Shown piece after piece: positions 8,600 to 19,625 of a stretch of DNA of 64,000 nucleotides. Under the pieces are notes generated by a model, which worked only from the letters and a program-made list of their open reading frames with translations, made no database searches and was not told the DNA's origin. Source of the stretch: an uncultured Bacilli bacterium (GTDB lineage Bacteria; Bacillota_I; Bacilli_A; RF39; UBA660); NCBI GenBank assembly GCA_934183155.1, contig CAKPSB010000006.1:25097-89096 (forward strand), read 5' to 3'. The position numbers and the translations under genes are program-made. Within the stretch, counting starts at the first letter, position 1. Each line of letters opens with the position of its first letter.

Positions 8600-9061
8600 C
8601 TATTCTAAGAAATTATCATCAATTGAAACGTTATCCCCAAAATCGGCGAAAGGATCTCCTGCGACATTTACGTTGTTTTGTGGTGTGCTTTGAGCTGGTT
8701 CATCTTGATAATCATATGGTGTTGCAGCTGGTGCACTATTTGAACGACGTGAGTCCAAGAATTGAACGTTATCAGCAACAACATCTGTTGTATAACGTCT
8801 ATTTCCATCTTTATCTGTGAAACTTCCTGTTTGAATTCTTCCGTCAATTGAAACCTGACTGCCTTTATCTAGGTAATTAACAATGTTTTCAGCTGTACGT
8901 CTCCAAACAAGGATATTTATAAAATCGGCTTCTCTTTCACCTTGGGCATTATTAAATGTTCTATTTACTGCTAAACTGAATCTTGTATATGGAATATTAC
9001 TACTGGTATATCTAAGTTCTGGTTTAGAAGTGATTCTACCTACTAAGCATACTCTATTCAT
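8600..9061 (-). CDS. ssb: Single-stranded DNA-binding protein
   Basis: 153 aa, [21 protein letters not shown]-fold N-terminus and acidic C-terminal tail DDNFLE (ends in the F-like hydrophobic motif). Sits between rpsF and rpsR. Confidence 0.92.
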   Translation of the reverse strand: MNRVCLVGRITSKPELRYTSSNIPYTRFSLAVNRTFNNAQGEREADFINILVWRRTAENIVNYLDKGSQVSIDGRIQTGSFTDKDGNRRYTTDVVADNVQFLDSRRSNSAPAATPYDYQDEPAQSTPQNNVNVAGDPFADFGDNVSIDDNFLE

Positions 9062-9077
9062 TCAACTTCCTCTTTTC

Positions 9078-9368
9078 TTAATCTTCTACTTTTGTAATTA
9101 AATGACGAACAATATCGTTGTTGATAAGAGCTAAACGGTTGAATTCTTTAATAGCTTTGTCATCTTTAGCTTCAACTTCAAAAACGAAGTAGTAACCACT
9201 TTTGAAATCTTTGATTTCATAAGCTAATTCTCTTTGTCCCATGTTTTCTTCTTTTGTTACTTTAGCACCATTTTCAGTGATAATGCTTGAAAAATCTTTA
9301 ACAACTTTTTTTACTTCTTCTTCACTTAATGTTGGTCTAACGATAAACATGATTTCATAGTTTTTCAT
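9078..9368 (-). CDS. rpsF: 30S ribosomal protein S6
   Basis: 96 aa, MKNYEIMFIVRP...YYFVFEVEA is typical S6. rpsF-ssb-rpsR operon order. Confidence 0.92.
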   Translation of the reverse strand: MKNYEIMFIVRPTLSEEEVKKVVKDFSSIITENGAKVTKEENMGQRELAYEIKDFKSGYYFVFEVEAKDDKAIKEFNRLALINNDIVRHLITKVED

Positions 9369-9489
9369 TTTTCCACCTCCTTATGGTCTTTTGGCTTTTT
9401 TTCAAAAGCAAGGAGTAAATTAATACTCGGTTTAAATTATAACAAAACACATCAAAAAAGTAAATAGAAAGTGATATTTTTATATATAA

Positions 9490-9510
9490 AAAATGCCCTT
9501 ATGGCATTTT
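9490..9510 (-). terminator. Terminator after ychF
   Basis: AAATGCCATAAGGGCATTTT hairpin plus T-run on minus strand, beginning at the ychF stop. Confidence 0.45.
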
Positions 9511-10612
9511 ATACATTAAATCGGAAGTGACATATATCACCATCTTGCATGATGTAGTCTTTTCCTTCTAATCTTAATTTCCCAGCTTCTTTTACTTTTG
9601 TCTCACTACCAAGTTGTTTTAAATCGGTAAAGCTCATTACTTCGGCTTTGATAAATCCTTTTTCAAAATCTGTGTGGATTATTCCAGCACATTGAGGTGC
9701 TTTCATTCCTTGTTTAAATGTCCATGCTCTTACTTCATCTGATCCTGCAGTTAAGTAAGTTGATAGTCCTAGTAGTTTATATGAGCTTTTAATTAATTTA
9801 TCTAGGCCGCTTTCTTTAATGCCTAAATCTTTTAGAAATTCTTTTTTGTCATTTTCTTCTAATTCACTTAATTCGGCTTCTATTTTAGCACATATTACAA
9901 CTACTTCAGCATTTTCTTTATTAGCATATTCTCTTAACCCTTTAACATATTCATTTTCACTATTTATTTCATCATCAGAAACATTGGCAACATAAATTAT
10001 TGGCTTTAATGTTAATAGATTAAATGGTTTTAAAATTTTCATTTCTTCCTCGGTTAAATTCAAATTACGGGGATTGATATTTTTTTCTAAATTTTCTTTT
10101 AACTTTTCTAACAAGTTAGCTTCTTTTAAAGCTTCTTTGTCATTTGCAAGTTTTGCTTTTTTTCCCATTTTTCCTAATCTATTTTCTATTACTTCTAGGT
10201 CAGCAAGTTCTAATTCGACATTAATTATTTCCACATCTTTAATTGGATCAACTTTGCCAGACACATGTGTTATATTGCTATCTTCAAAGCATCTTACTAC
10301 CTCACAGATAGCATCTACTTCTCTAATATGCGAAAGAAATTTGTTACCTAATCCTTCTCCTTTAGAAGCACCAGCTACTAAACCAGCAATGTCTGTAAAC
10401 TCAAAGGTTGCTGGTAAAGTTTTTTTTGGTTTATACATTTTTTCTAAAAATTCTACTCTTTCGTCTGGAACAACAACCATACCAACATTTGGTTCTATTG
10501 TGGCAAATGGATAGTTTGCCGCTAGTATATTTTGTTTTGTTATTGCGTTAAATAGGGTTGATTTTCCTACATTTGGCAGACCCACTATTCCTGCTGTTAA
10601 ACTCATTTTCAT
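9509..10612 (-). CDS. ychF: Ribosome-binding ATPase YchF (Obg-family GTPase)
   Basis: GIVGLPNVGKSTLFNAIT P-loop. C-terminal TGS region ending ...GKDYIMQDGDICHFRFNV. ORF-track start is TTG/GTG; ATG at 10612 or 10606 more likely. Confidence 0.9.
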   Translation of the reverse strand: MKMSLTAGIVGLPNVGKSTLFNAITKQNILAANYPFATIEPNVGMVVVPDERVEFLEKMYKPKKTLPATFEFTDIAGLVAGASKGEGLGNKFLSHIREVDAICEVVRCFEDSNITHVSGKVDPIKDVEIINVELELADLEVIENRLGKMGKKAKLANDKEALKEANLLEKLKENLEKNINPRNLNLTEEEMKILKPFNLLTLKPIIYVANVSDDEINSENEYVKGLREYANKENAEVVVICAKIEAELSELEENDKKEFLKDLGIKESGLDKLIKSSYKLLGLSTYLTAGSDEVRAWTFKQGMKAPQCAGIIHTDFEKGFIKAEVMSFTDLKQLGSETKVKEAGKLRLEGKDYIMQDGDICHFRFNV

Positions 10613-10699
10613 CACCAAGTGTTATTATACTATAAATTTAATTGTTTTTAAAGTTTTGCATAATAATTCTTGAGTAATTTTAGATAATAAAAACTCCAA

Positions 10700-12214
10700 C
10701 TATAAAGTTGGAGCTGCGGCAGTTGGTCCAAGTGGAAGTCCAATTACGAACCAACCGATAACAATTAACAGCCAGATGACCATAATCATTAAGGCAGTTG
10801 GTCTTAACAGTTTTAGCGTTCCAAATACCGTTATTTTATTACTTTCTTTATTATTATACTTTTCCAAGAATGCTAGCATTACTATGAAATAAACAAAAAA
10901 TGGAGTTATACTTTTACCAACACTATCGGCAGCTTTAAAAATAAATTGGGTGAAATCTGGGGTGATATTTGCTTTCATAAATAATGGCACTAAGATTGGT
11001 GATGCTAGTTTCCATTTTGCAATTGATTCTGGTATGAAAAATGACATTAAGATTATAACAAGGAACATCGTTATAATGAGAGGTAATCCAGTAAATTCTA
11101 AATTACTCATAAATGATATTAACCAAGTTCCTATGACTGTTCCTAAACCTGTAAAGTTTAATATGCTTACCATTAATGATGAGAAAAACATTAATATAAA
11201 CATATATCCTAGGTTATCAAATTCTTTCGACAAGCCTACACTGAAGTCATTTGTGTTTTTTATGTTTTTTGAAATATATCCATATATTCCAGAACAAACC
11301 ATCATGATAATTAAAAATACAAAGGCAAAGGCATCTTTAAAGGGAGATGTACCTCCTAAAAGTTGGGCTACATAATCTGTTTTTGTTTTATCTAGAAGTA
11401 TACCTGAGCCTGGTAGGCTTGGTATTATGGTATATATGAATATTAATATTAATAAAACAAACGCTATAGAACTATAGATTAACCCTTTTTTTGAAATTGT
11501 TAGTTCATCTTCTTCTTGAATTGATTCTTTTACTTTTGGCTTTAAAACATTTTCAATGATTAAAGTGCCTGCTACCGATAAAATAAATGTTGCAGATATC
11601 ATAGCATAAGAATTTGACCAAGCATTAAAAATGTAATTTTTATCAACGTCAACGGTAGCGGCAGCTTTGGTTAATATTCCCAATTGATAATCATCATAAT
11701 TAAATACCAATCCGGCTCCATAGCCCATACTAACCCCAACGAAAGCTGTTAATATGCCTAGCATTGAGTTTCTTCCTAAATACTGATAAACAACGGCTGT
11801 AAGGGGAATTAGTAAGACAAAGCCATACTCACCAAAGAAAGATGATATTATGCCTAAAAATAAGGTTAAAAATGTTACTACAGATGGTTTTAGTCTTCTT
11901 AATGGAGTAAACATTGCTTTGAATAAACCACTTGCTTTACCGATTGAAATGGCCATTAATGAAACAATTAATAACACTAATGGTTCAAATGTTTTAAATG
12001 TTGATACGGGAGAGGAAAGAATATATTTTATTCCTTCTTCTGAAAAAATGCTTTTTACAGTAACAACTGATGTTTCTAAGGAAGCATTGTTTATTTTTGT
12101 TATTTCACCTTGAACACCTAAAACAGAAAATATTGCACTTACTAGGATTACTAAAATTGTTAATATTATTATGGTAATTACGGGTCCTAGTAAAATCTTT
12201 TTCTTTTTTTTCAT
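10700..12214 (-). CDS. Polytopic membrane transporter, AbgT/YfcC-like
   Basis: 504 aa, about 12-13 hydrophobic helices, polybasic N-terminus. Family assignment from overall architecture only. Confidence 0.45.
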   Translation of the reverse strand: MKKKKKILLGPVITIIILTILVILVSAIFSVLGVQGEITKINNASLETSVVTVKSIFSEEGIKYILSSPVSTFKTFEPLVLLIVSLMAISIGKASGLFKAMFTPLRRLKPSVVTFLTLFLGIISSFFGEYGFVLLIPLTAVVYQYLGRNSMLGILTAFVGVSMGYGAGLVFNYDDYQLGILTKAAATVDVDKNYIFNAWSNSYAMISATFILSVAGTLIIENVLKPKVKESIQEEDELTISKKGLIYSSIAFVLLILIFIYTIIPSLPGSGILLDKTKTDYVAQLLGGTSPFKDAFAFVFLIIMMVCSGIYGYISKNIKNTNDFSVGLSKEFDNLGYMFILMFFSSLMVSILNFTGLGTVIGTWLISFMSNLEFTGLPLIITMFLVIILMSFFIPESIAKWKLASPILVPLFMKANITPDFTQFIFKAADSVGKSITPFFVYFIVMLAFLEKYNNKESNKITVFGTLKLLRPTALMIMVIWLLIVIGWFVIGLPLGPTAAAPTL

Positions 12215-12224
12215 AATGGCCTCC

Positions 12225-12425
12225 TTATTTTATTATTTTTTTTATTTTTTTGTTGAACTCAACCCTTGGAAGCATGATACTGTGGGAACAGCCTAGACAT
12301 TTTATTTTAATATCAGCACCTAACCTTGTTATTTCCCATTCATTGTGTCCACAAGGATGGGCTTTTTTCATAACAACAATACTACCTAATTTATAATCAG
12401 ACATTGTGAACATCCAATTTCTCAT
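12225..12425 (-). CDS. DUF951 (YyzM-like) small protein
   Basis: 66 aa with Cys pairs (HPCGHNEW...KCLGCSH). Conserved ori-region neighbour of ychF in Bacilli. Confidence 0.55.
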   Translation of the reverse strand: MRNWMFTMSDYKLGSIVVMKKAHPCGHNEWEITRLGADIKIKCLGCSHSIMLPRVEFNKKIKKIIK

Positions 12426-13185
12426 AAGATAATGTTAGGTTTCCTTTTTCAGCTTCCTTTTTAATTTCTCTTTGAAAAACTCTTTTAAATTCAAAGTCTT
12501 TAGTTGCATTTACTGTTGCTTCTATTCGGTATACAACATAGCTTGGCTGAAGTTCTTCAATTCCTAATATTTTAATAGGTTTTTTTAAATATGTAATTTG
12601 TTTGCTTACGCTTTCACAAACATTTTTTAAAGCTGTTTCTATTTTGTTTATATCATCTTCGTAAGAAAGACCCAAGTCTAAAACACATACTGATGGCATC
12701 ATACTGTAGTTTATTACTTCGGTAATATTTCTATTTGAAATGGTTTTAACTTCTCCTGTATAGGCTCTTATTTTTGTTGATTTCATTCCTAGTGAAATAA
12801 CTGTTCCTCTAAAGTCTCCTATTTTTATATTATCGCCTACTTTGAATTGATTTTCGGTTATAATAGCGGTTCCGCTAATAAAGTCTTTTAGTAAATCTTG
12901 CATAGCAAGTCCGGCAACGACGCCGACAACTCCAAGAGACGCTACTAACGCTTTGGTATTTACTCCCCATATGTCTAAAATTGTTAATATGGCAACAATT
13001 ATTAATATGTACTTTAAAACATTTAATGTTAGGCTAAGCATAGTCATTGCTTTTCTATTGCCTCTGGCTTTAGCTTTTTTTAAGCCTATTTTGCTAAACA
13101 ATTGTTTAAATATTAGATATATTAAAACGGTTATAAAAATTACAAAAATTGTGCTTACAACTTCTTTGGTAAATATTCTTTCCAT
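12397..13185 (-). CDS. Small-conductance mechanosensitive channel (MscS family)
   Basis: 262 aa, N-terminal TMs. MscS core motif GDNIKIGDFRGTVISLGMKSTKIRAYTGEVKTISN. Overlaps DUF951 by 29 nt, so the true start may be internal. Confidence 0.75.
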   Translation of the reverse strand: MERIFTKEVVSTIFVIFITVLIYLIFKQLFSKIGLKKAKARGNRKAMTMLSLTLNVLKYILIIVAILTILDIWGVNTKALVASLGVVGVVAGLAMQDLLKDFISGTAIITENQFKVGDNIKIGDFRGTVISLGMKSTKIRAYTGEVKTISNRNITEVINYSMMPSVCVLDLGLSYEDDINKIETALKNVCESVSKQITYLKKPIKILGIEELQPSYVVYRIEATVNATKDFEFKRVFQREIKKEAEKGNLTLSYEKLDVHNV

Positions 13186-13189
13186 AAAT

Positions 13190-14065
13190 TTACTCCTTTA
13201 TGTTTAAAATTTCCAATATACGGTTTAAATCAGCATCATTTGTGAAACTTATTTCTATTTTTTTCTCTTTTACTTTTACTTTGGTATCTAGTCTTTCTCT
13301 AAGCATATCTTGAACATAAATATATTCATTATTTTTTATTTTTCTGATTGTTTGATGTTTCTTTGTGGCATTTTCACTTTTTTCTTCAATGTCTCTTACA
13401 GTTAAACCTTTTTCAGCTATTTCGTTTGCCATTTTTATTATTTCTTCATCATCATCTAGTTTGCTTAATGCTCTGGCATGACCCATTGTTATTTTACCTT
13501 CAATTATCATATCTTGCACTTCGCCCGGAAGTCTAAGGAGGCCAATCATATTAGTGATATGACTTCTTGATTTGCTTACTTTTTTTGCTAATTCTTCTTG
13601 CGTTAAGTTTAATTTTTCTAGTAAACTTTTATAGGCTTTAGCTTCTTCTAGGGCATTTAAGTTTTCTCTTTGTAAGTTTTCAAGTAAGGCTATTTCGGCC
13701 ATTTTTTCGTCGCTTAGTTGTCTTATGATTGCCGGTATTGTTTGTTTTCCTGCTATTTTACTGGCTCTTAGTCTTCTTTCACCAGCAATTACATCGTATC
13801 CTTTTATACTTTTTTTAACTATTATTGGTTGAAATACACCATTTTCTTTGATTGATTCAGCAAGTTCATTTAATGCTTCTTCATCAAATATTGTTCTTGG
13901 TTGATATGGATTTGGTCTTATTTCATTAATGTTTAATTCAACAACTTCTTCACCACTAGCTTCTTTGTACATGTTTTTTTCAAAATCACTAACGTTATCT
14001 ACATTTAAATTATCTAAATCAAATAATTGTTCTAGGCCTTTGCCTAGGGCTCTTCTACTTTCCAT
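13190..14065 (-). CDS. parB: Chromosome partitioning protein ParB/Spo0J
   Basis: ParB-box motifs IRPNPYQPR and GERRLRA. HTH region and C-terminal dimerisation domain. Confidence 0.88.
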   Translation of the reverse strand: MESRRALGKGLEQLFDLDNLNVDNVSDFEKNMYKEASGEEVVELNINEIRPNPYQPRTIFDEEALNELAESIKENGVFQPIIVKKSIKGYDVIAGERRLRASKIAGKQTIPAIIRQLSDEKMAEIALLENLQRENLNALEEAKAYKSLLEKLNLTQEELAKKVSKSRSHITNMIGLLRLPGEVQDMIIEGKITMGHARALSKLDDDEEIIKMANEIAEKGLTVRDIEEKSENATKKHQTIRKIKNNEYIYVQDMLRERLDTKVKVKEKKIEISFTNDADLNRILEILNIKE

Positions 14066-14858
14066 TTCTTGAAATCACCTCTTTTGCTAAATTTATATAA
14101 GCTTCTGCTCCTCTGCTTTTTGGATCATAGCTAATTATTGGTTTGCCATGTGATGGAGCTTCAGATAACCTTACTAGTCTTGGTATTATAGTATCATACA
14201 CTCTTTCTTTAAAATAACTTTTTATATCTTGAACTACCTCTAATCCTAAATTTGTTCTATTATCAAGCATGGTTAACAATACCCCTTCTATGTCTAATGT
14301 TGGGTTTAATGTTTTTTGGGCAAGCATGATTGAATTTAATAACTGCATTATTCCTTCTAGTGCGAAGAATTCACATTGAACAGGGATTATTACTGAATCT
14401 GCGGCTGTTAAAGCATTTGTTGTTAAAATTCCTAATGATGGTGGACAATCTATTATAATATAATCAAATAAGTCTTTTACATATTCTAATTTGTTTTTTA
14501 ATTGTCTACTTTTTGAAAATTCAGGGTCTAAACGACTTTGTTCAACGAGTTCAATATCAACACCGGCTAGACTTATCGTAGCTGGAATAATATATAAATT
14601 TTTAAATTTTGTTTTTTTGATAACTTTTTTTGCTTCGGCTTTTCCTGTTAGTAAATCATATATACTTTGTTTTATACCACCTTTGTCAATGCCTAATCCT
14701 GTTGTACTATTTCCTTGAGGATCTAAATCTATTAACAAAGTTCTTTTTCCTAGATAACCTAATGAAGCGGCCAAATTTATGCTGGAAGTTGTTTTTCCAA
14801 CGCCGCCTTTTTGGTTAACAAGGGCAATTATTTTTCCCATTATATCACCAGTTTCCAT
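14055..14858 (-). CDS. parA: Chromosome partitioning ATPase ParA/Soj
   Basis: Deviant Walker A KGGVGKTT. Likely start at internal ATG 14840 (MGKIIALVNQKGGVGKTT). 11-nt overlap with parB. Confidence 0.9.
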   Translation of the reverse strand: METGDIMGKIIALVNQKGGVGKTTSSINLAASLGYLGKRTLLIDLDPQGNSTTGLGIDKGGIKQSIYDLLTGKAEAKKVIKKTKFKNLYIIPATISLAGVDIELVEQSRLDPEFSKSRQLKNKLEYVKDLFDYIIIDCPPSLGILTTNALTAADSVIIPVQCEFFALEGIMQLLNSIMLAQKTLNPTLDIEGVLLTMLDNRTNLGLEVVQDIKSYFKERVYDTIIPRLVRLSEAPSHGKPIISYDPKSRGAEAYINLAKEVISRNGK

Positions 14859-14932
14859 TTTTAAGCTATATTCATTTTAACACATTAGATGAAATAAATC
14901 TATTAATTTTAATTAGAAAATAAAGAGAAGAA

Positions 14933-15268
14933 TTATTTATTTTCTTGTTTTGTTAATTTTAGCATTTCATCATATTGTTTATATAGATATTGTACTTTGT
15001 TTTCTAAGAAGAAATAATGTCTCACATAAAATATTAAAATTACTAAAATTATGTATAAGATTATTAAGAATAATGGCGTTTTTATGGAGATTATAGTTGA
15101 AATTAATAGAAAAAGACCATAAAAAAGAGTTACCAACAAATGTATTAATCTTTCATGTTGAAAAAATTTTATTTTTATTTGATGATTTTCTAGATCTTGT
15201 TTTTCTATTTGCTTCATCTTTATTTTTTTATCTATTTCATTTATATAATTTTGTAAATATTCTCGCAT
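14933..15268 (-). CDS. Hypothetical membrane protein
   Basis: 111 aa, charged N-terminal half followed by two TM helices. No family recognised. Confidence 0.35.
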   Translation of the reverse strand: MREYLQNYINEIDKKIKMKQIEKQDLENHQIKIKFFQHERLIHLLVTLFYGLFLLISTIISIKTPLFLIILYIILVILIFYVRHYFFLENKVQYLYKQYDEMLKLTKQENK

Positions 15269-15352
15269 AATTAAGCTCCTTTATTATATTTTAGCACAGT
15301 TTGAATATTTTGAGTTAAAAAGTTATAATGTTGGTAGAAAGGTGGAATTAAT

Positions 15353-15841
15353 ATGAATTTTTTTGATGTTGTTGGCAAAAGATTTTCTTGTCGTAATTTT
15401 TCAGATGAAAAGGTTACTGATAATGATTTATCGCGTATTTTAGATGCAGGAATGATGGCTCCTGTTGGTAGAGGAAAATATGAAGATGTTCATATTACAG
15501 TGATTCGCAATAAGAGTCTACTTGATGAAATTTCTAAATTGTCTGATAAAAGCTTATTTTATAATGCTGATATTTTAATTATTATTTCTTCTCATGATGA
15601 TGGCTTTGGTTTGGGTGATCAAAACTGTGGTTGTGTAGCTGAGAATATGCTTTTAGCGGCGAGTGCTTTGGGGTTAGGTTCTATTTATTTAAATTTGGTT
15701 ATTGGATTTATTAAGAATAATGAAGATATATTAAATAAATTAAATTTACCTGAAGGCTTTACTCCTGTGGTTGGAGTTGGCATTGGACATTTCAAAGAAG
15801 AGCTTATTAAAACACACAAAATAGACGTTAATTATATTTAA
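15353..15841 (+). CDS. Nitroreductase-family protein
   Basis: 162 aa, RFSCRNF N-terminal motif and overall nitroreductase-like layout. AGGTGG RBS. Confidence 0.65.
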   Translation: MNFFDVVGKRFSCRNFSDEKVTDNDLSRILDAGMMAPVGRGKYEDVHITVIRNKSLLDEISKLSDKSLFYNADILIIISSHDDGFGLGDQNCGCVAENMLLAASALGLGSIYLNLVIGFIKNNEDILNKLNLPEGFTPVVGVGIGHFKEELIKTHKIDVNYI

Positions 15842-16164
15842 TATTCTTTAAATCTTGATTTTTTATAAAACAAAAACGATATTAGATTTTTTCTAATATC
15901 AGTTTTTTTATTTACATTTTTGATTCTTATTTGGGTGCTGTTTTTTTATAAATTTCTGTTTGGCGTCTGAATCAATTATAATTAGTTGTTTGCTTGTGTT
16001 TTGTGGATCAAATGGATTATATATATATTTTAAGTGGTTTTTTTGATGAATGTTTGAACTGGTTGTTTTTTGATTAATCTCTTCTTTTTTAAACATTTTG
16101 CTTCCTCTTTTCTTGTGCTTATTATACTTAACTTTATATACCTTGTCAAATTAAAAATTTATGT

Positions 16165-17538
16165 TTAGCTATTTAATATATCTCTAGCGGCTACTAATCC
16201 AGTGGCAGCAGCAGTGACAATGTTTCCGGCTTTACCCGCACCGTCACCGATAAAGTACACATCATAATCTTTTAATTTAAATTTATTATTTGTTTCAATT
16301 TCATTACTAAAGAATTTTATTTCTGGGCCATATAATAATGTTTCTCCATTATTTACACCTGGAATAATTTCATTTAATTTATCTAATCCTTCAATTATAT
16401 TTGTGATTATTCTATATGGTAATATTAATGCTAAATCACCAGCTACACAATCTTTTAAGGTTGGAGTTATAAATCCTTTGTTTATTTTGTGCCACTGACT
16501 GCGCCTGCCTTGTTTTAAATCTTTCAATGTTTGGATTATTGGTTTTCCATCACCCAAAACATTTGCAATATGGGCAATACTTTCTCCATATTCTCTTGTG
16601 TTAGTTGCTGGCTCAGTTAAGGTTATTTTTGAAATGAAAGCAAAATTGCTGTTATTTGATTTTACTTCTTTTAGAGCATGCCCATTTACACAAATATATC
16701 CATAATAATTTTCTTTGGCAACAAAACCGCCTGGATTAGTGCAGAAGGTTCTTATTTCATCACCATAAGTGTTTGTTTTTATAAATATTGTTGGGTCGTA
16801 GATAATGCTGCATAGCTTTTCCATTATTTCTTTTCTTACCTCTACTCTAACACCTATTTCAATGCTTTGTGATAGGTATGATATTTTATATTTGTCAGCT
16901 AATGTTTGAACCCATTTGGCGCCTGTTCTTCCTGGGGCGACTATTACTTTTTTGGATATATATGTTTCGTTTTTACAAATAATTTCATGTTTTGTTTTAC
17001 TTATGCTGTGGATATCTATTACTTTTGTTTTATCTTTTATTTCAACACCATTGTCTTTTAAATATTTTGTAAAATCTTCTATATATTTTGGTAATTTATC
17101 ACTACCTAAGTGTTTTTGCTTAATTAAAAGCATTCTCGCTCCAGTTAGTGCTACTTGACTTTTTATTTTTAACGCTTCATCGAAGTTTGAAGGATATACT
17201 TTGCTGTTCATATTAAATTTATTAAATATTTTTTCGCAATCTTCTATTAATTGATTTGCTTCTTGCTCATTCATATATTTAAATAAATCACTTTTACCTA
17301 ATTTGGGAATGAAGTTTAACTTTCCATCGGAAAATGTTCCTGCTCCTCCATATCCTGATAAGATATTGCATGGGTTACAATTTGCACATATGCCTGTTTT
17401 GGACATTGGACATTTTCTATGATTGGCAAATTTTCCTTCATCTAATAGTAATATTTTTAAATTTTTTTTACTTTCAATTAATTCATAGGCGGAAAATAAG
17501 CCTGCTGGTCCCGCTCCCACTATTATTACGTCATACAT
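16165..17538 (-). CDS. FAD-dependent dehydrogenase (COG2509-like)
   Basis: 457 aa, N-terminal Rossmann motif MYDVIIVGAGPAGLFSA and Cys-rich insert KCPMSKTGICANCNPCN. C-terminal second FAD-binding motif. Confidence 0.7.
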   Translation of the reverse strand: MYDVIIVGAGPAGLFSAYELIESKKNLKILLLDEGKFANHRKCPMSKTGICANCNPCNILSGYGGAGTFSDGKLNFIPKLGKSDLFKYMNEQEANQLIEDCEKIFNKFNMNSKVYPSNFDEALKIKSQVALTGARMLLIKQKHLGSDKLPKYIEDFTKYLKDNGVEIKDKTKVIDIHSISKTKHEIICKNETYISKKVIVAPGRTGAKWVQTLADKYKISYLSQSIEIGVRVEVRKEIMEKLCSIIYDPTIFIKTNTYGDEIRTFCTNPGGFVAKENYYGYICVNGHALKEVKSNNSNFAFISKITLTEPATNTREYGESIAHIANVLGDGKPIIQTLKDLKQGRRSQWHKINKGFITPTLKDCVAGDLALILPYRIITNIIEGLDKLNEIIPGVNNGETLLYGPEIKFFSNEIETNNKFKLKDYDVYFIGDGAGKAGNIVTAAATGLVAARDILNS

Positions 17539-17583
17539 ATTATCACCAGTTTAAGTATATCAAAAAAAGCAAGATTTTTTCAA

Positions 17584-19611
17584 TTATTTATCTTGCTTTT
17601 CATTTAATTTATCAATTAATTCTTTTTTTGTTAGTTTATCATAGTCTTTTATTTTTTCTTCGTGGGCAATGCTTTTTAAATCATCTAAAGTTAAATCTTC
17701 TAATTTAGCTACTTTTATTTCTTTTTTTGTTTGCTCTTTTGTCTGTTCATCTTTGGTGATTTCTTTTTCGGCTTCTTCAGGCATTTTACCATTTTTTACT
17801 AAATATTCGATTTGTTCTTTAGTGATTGTTTCATATTTTAATAATGTTTCGGCTATTAATTTTAATAAATCCATATTTTCACTAATGATTTTTTTAGTTA
17901 CTTTATACTGATTCATAATAATTTTATGAACTTCTTCGTCAATTTGTTTAGCAACTTCATGTGAAAAGTTTTGGGCTTTATTATAGTCTCTTCCTAGAAA
18001 TACGCTTGACTGTTGTTCTTCAAATTGAATTGGACCTAAGTCACTCATTCCATATTCAGTAACCATTGCTCTAGCTATTTTTGTGGCTTTTTCAAAGTCA
18101 TTTTGAGCACCTGTTGTTACTTCTTTAAACATTAGTTCTTCAGCTACACGGCCACCTAAGAATCCACTAATTGAATCTAATAAATCATTTTTTGTTCTTA
18201 AGTAGGTTTCTTCTTTTGGAAGCATTAAGTTATAACCACCTGCTTGTCCTCTTGGAATAATGGTTATTTTTTGAACATCATTAGCTCCATCTAACTTTAT
18301 ACCTACTACGGCATGCCCTGCTTCGTGATAAGCAACGGTGCGTTTTTCTTTATCGGTATATTTATGGCTCTTTTTGGCTGGTCCCATTAAAACTCTATCA
18401 TGTGCTTCGTCTATTTCGGCCATGGTAATGGCTTTTTTATTTCTTCTAACTGCTAGAAGAGCAGCTTCATTAAGTAGATTTTCAAGATCTGCACCTGAGA
18501 AACCAACAGTTCTTTTTGCTATATTTGTTAAAGTTATGTTTGGAGCAAAAGTTTTGCCTTTTGCATGAACTGATAAAATTTCTTCTCGTCCTTTTGCATC
18601 TGGATAGTTAACTGTTACTTGTCTATCAAAACGCCCTGGTCTTAGTAGGGCTGGGTCTAAAACGTCTGGTCTATTTGTTGCGGCAATTATAATAATTCCT
18701 TCATTAGCACCAAAGCCATCCATTTCAGTTAGTAATTGGTTTAATGTTTGCTCTCTTTCATCATGTCCACCACCTAGGCCTGCTCCTCTTTGGCGACCAA
18801 CAGCGTCTATTTCATCAATAAATACTAAACAAGGTGCGCTTTGTTTAGCTTGTTTGAACATGTCTCTTACACGAGATGCTCCAACACCAACAAATAGTTC
18901 AACAAATTCTGAACCACTTATAAAATAAAATGGAACGTTTGCTTCTCCAGCTACAGCTTTAGCTAATAATGTTTTACCTGTTCCTGGAGGGCCTACTAAT
19001 AGAACACCTTTTGGAATTCTAGCTCCCATTTTTTGGAACTTTTTAGGTGCTTTTAAGAAATCAATTAATTCTGACATTTCTTCTTTTTCTTCGTCTAAAC
19101 CGGCAACATCTTTGAATGTTACTTTAGTATCGCCACCACTTAGGCGAGCTTTTGAACGACCAAAGTCCATTGATTTATTACCTGCTCCCATTTGTTTTGT
19201 GATGAAGTAAAAAGCGGCTCCTACAATAATTACCATTGGTAAAACATTTATTACAAATAGTAAAAATGGGCTTGAGCTTGGGTCAGCTTGGGTTGTTAAT
19301 TTAAAGCCTGCGGTTTCTTCTGCTTTTAATAATTTTACCATTGTTTCATCGGTAAGCGGCATATTGAAAGCAAAAGTTTCATTTACTTGGTAGCCTTTTA
19401 GTTTACCTTTAATTAAATAAACACTTGATTGGCTATTTGGAATAACATTTATAGATTGTACTTCTTTTTTTGTGGCAGCTTTCATGAAATCCCCGTAAGT
19501 TATTTCATTTACTTTTGTATTCATTGTGCCTACTAGGGCATACATACAAAATAAGAAAACTGCTAGAAATACATAAGGAACTAATCCTTTTTTTATATTT
19601 TTTTTATTCAT
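17584..19611 (-). CDS. ftsH: ATP-dependent zinc metalloprotease FtsH
   Basis: Two TMs. AAA Walker A GPPGTGKT, second region of homology. HEAGH zinc site. About 70-aa Lys/Glu-rich C-terminal tail. Hairpin plus T-run overlaps the 3-prime end (17556-17597). Confidence 0.95.
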   Translation of the reverse strand: MNKKNIKKGLVPYVFLAVFLFCMYALVGTMNTKVNEITYGDFMKAATKKEVQSINVIPNSQSSVYLIKGKLKGYQVNETFAFNMPLTDETMVKLLKAEETAGFKLTTQADPSSSPFLLFVINVLPMVIIVGAAFYFITKQMGAGNKSMDFGRSKARLSGGDTKVTFKDVAGLDEEKEEMSELIDFLKAPKKFQKMGARIPKGVLLVGPPGTGKTLLAKAVAGEANVPFYFISGSEFVELFVGVGASRVRDMFKQAKQSAPCLVFIDEIDAVGRQRGAGLGGGHDEREQTLNQLLTEMDGFGANEGIIIIAATNRPDVLDPALLRPGRFDRQVTVNYPDAKGREEILSVHAKGKTFAPNITLTNIAKRTVGFSGADLENLLNEAALLAVRRNKKAITMAEIDEAHDRVLMGPAKKSHKYTDKEKRTVAYHEAGHAVVGIKLDGANDVQKITIIPRGQAGGYNLMLPKEETYLRTKNDLLDSISGFLGGRVAEELMFKEVTTGAQNDFEKATKIARAMVTEYGMSDLGPIQFEEQQSSVFLGRDYNKAQNFSHEVAKQIDEEVHKIIMNQYKVTKKIISENMDLLKLIAETLLKYETITKEQIEYLVKNGKMPEEAEKEITKDEQTKEQTKKEIKVAKLEDLTLDDLKSIAHEEKIKDYDKLTKKELIDKLNEKQDK

Positions 19612-19625
19612 TAAAAACTTCCTTT

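Noticed and set aside
13190-15352. parS site (TGTTNCACGTGAAACA) in or near parB
   Set aside because: Searched by eye for CACGTG-centred palindromes in parB/parA and flanking spacers. None found, so it may be elsewhere on the chromosome.
15908-16096. 62-aa Lys/Gln-rich minus-strand ORF
   Set aside because: No RBS of note and a low-complexity product. Lies in the 3-prime intergenic region after the nitroreductase gene, so probably non-coding.
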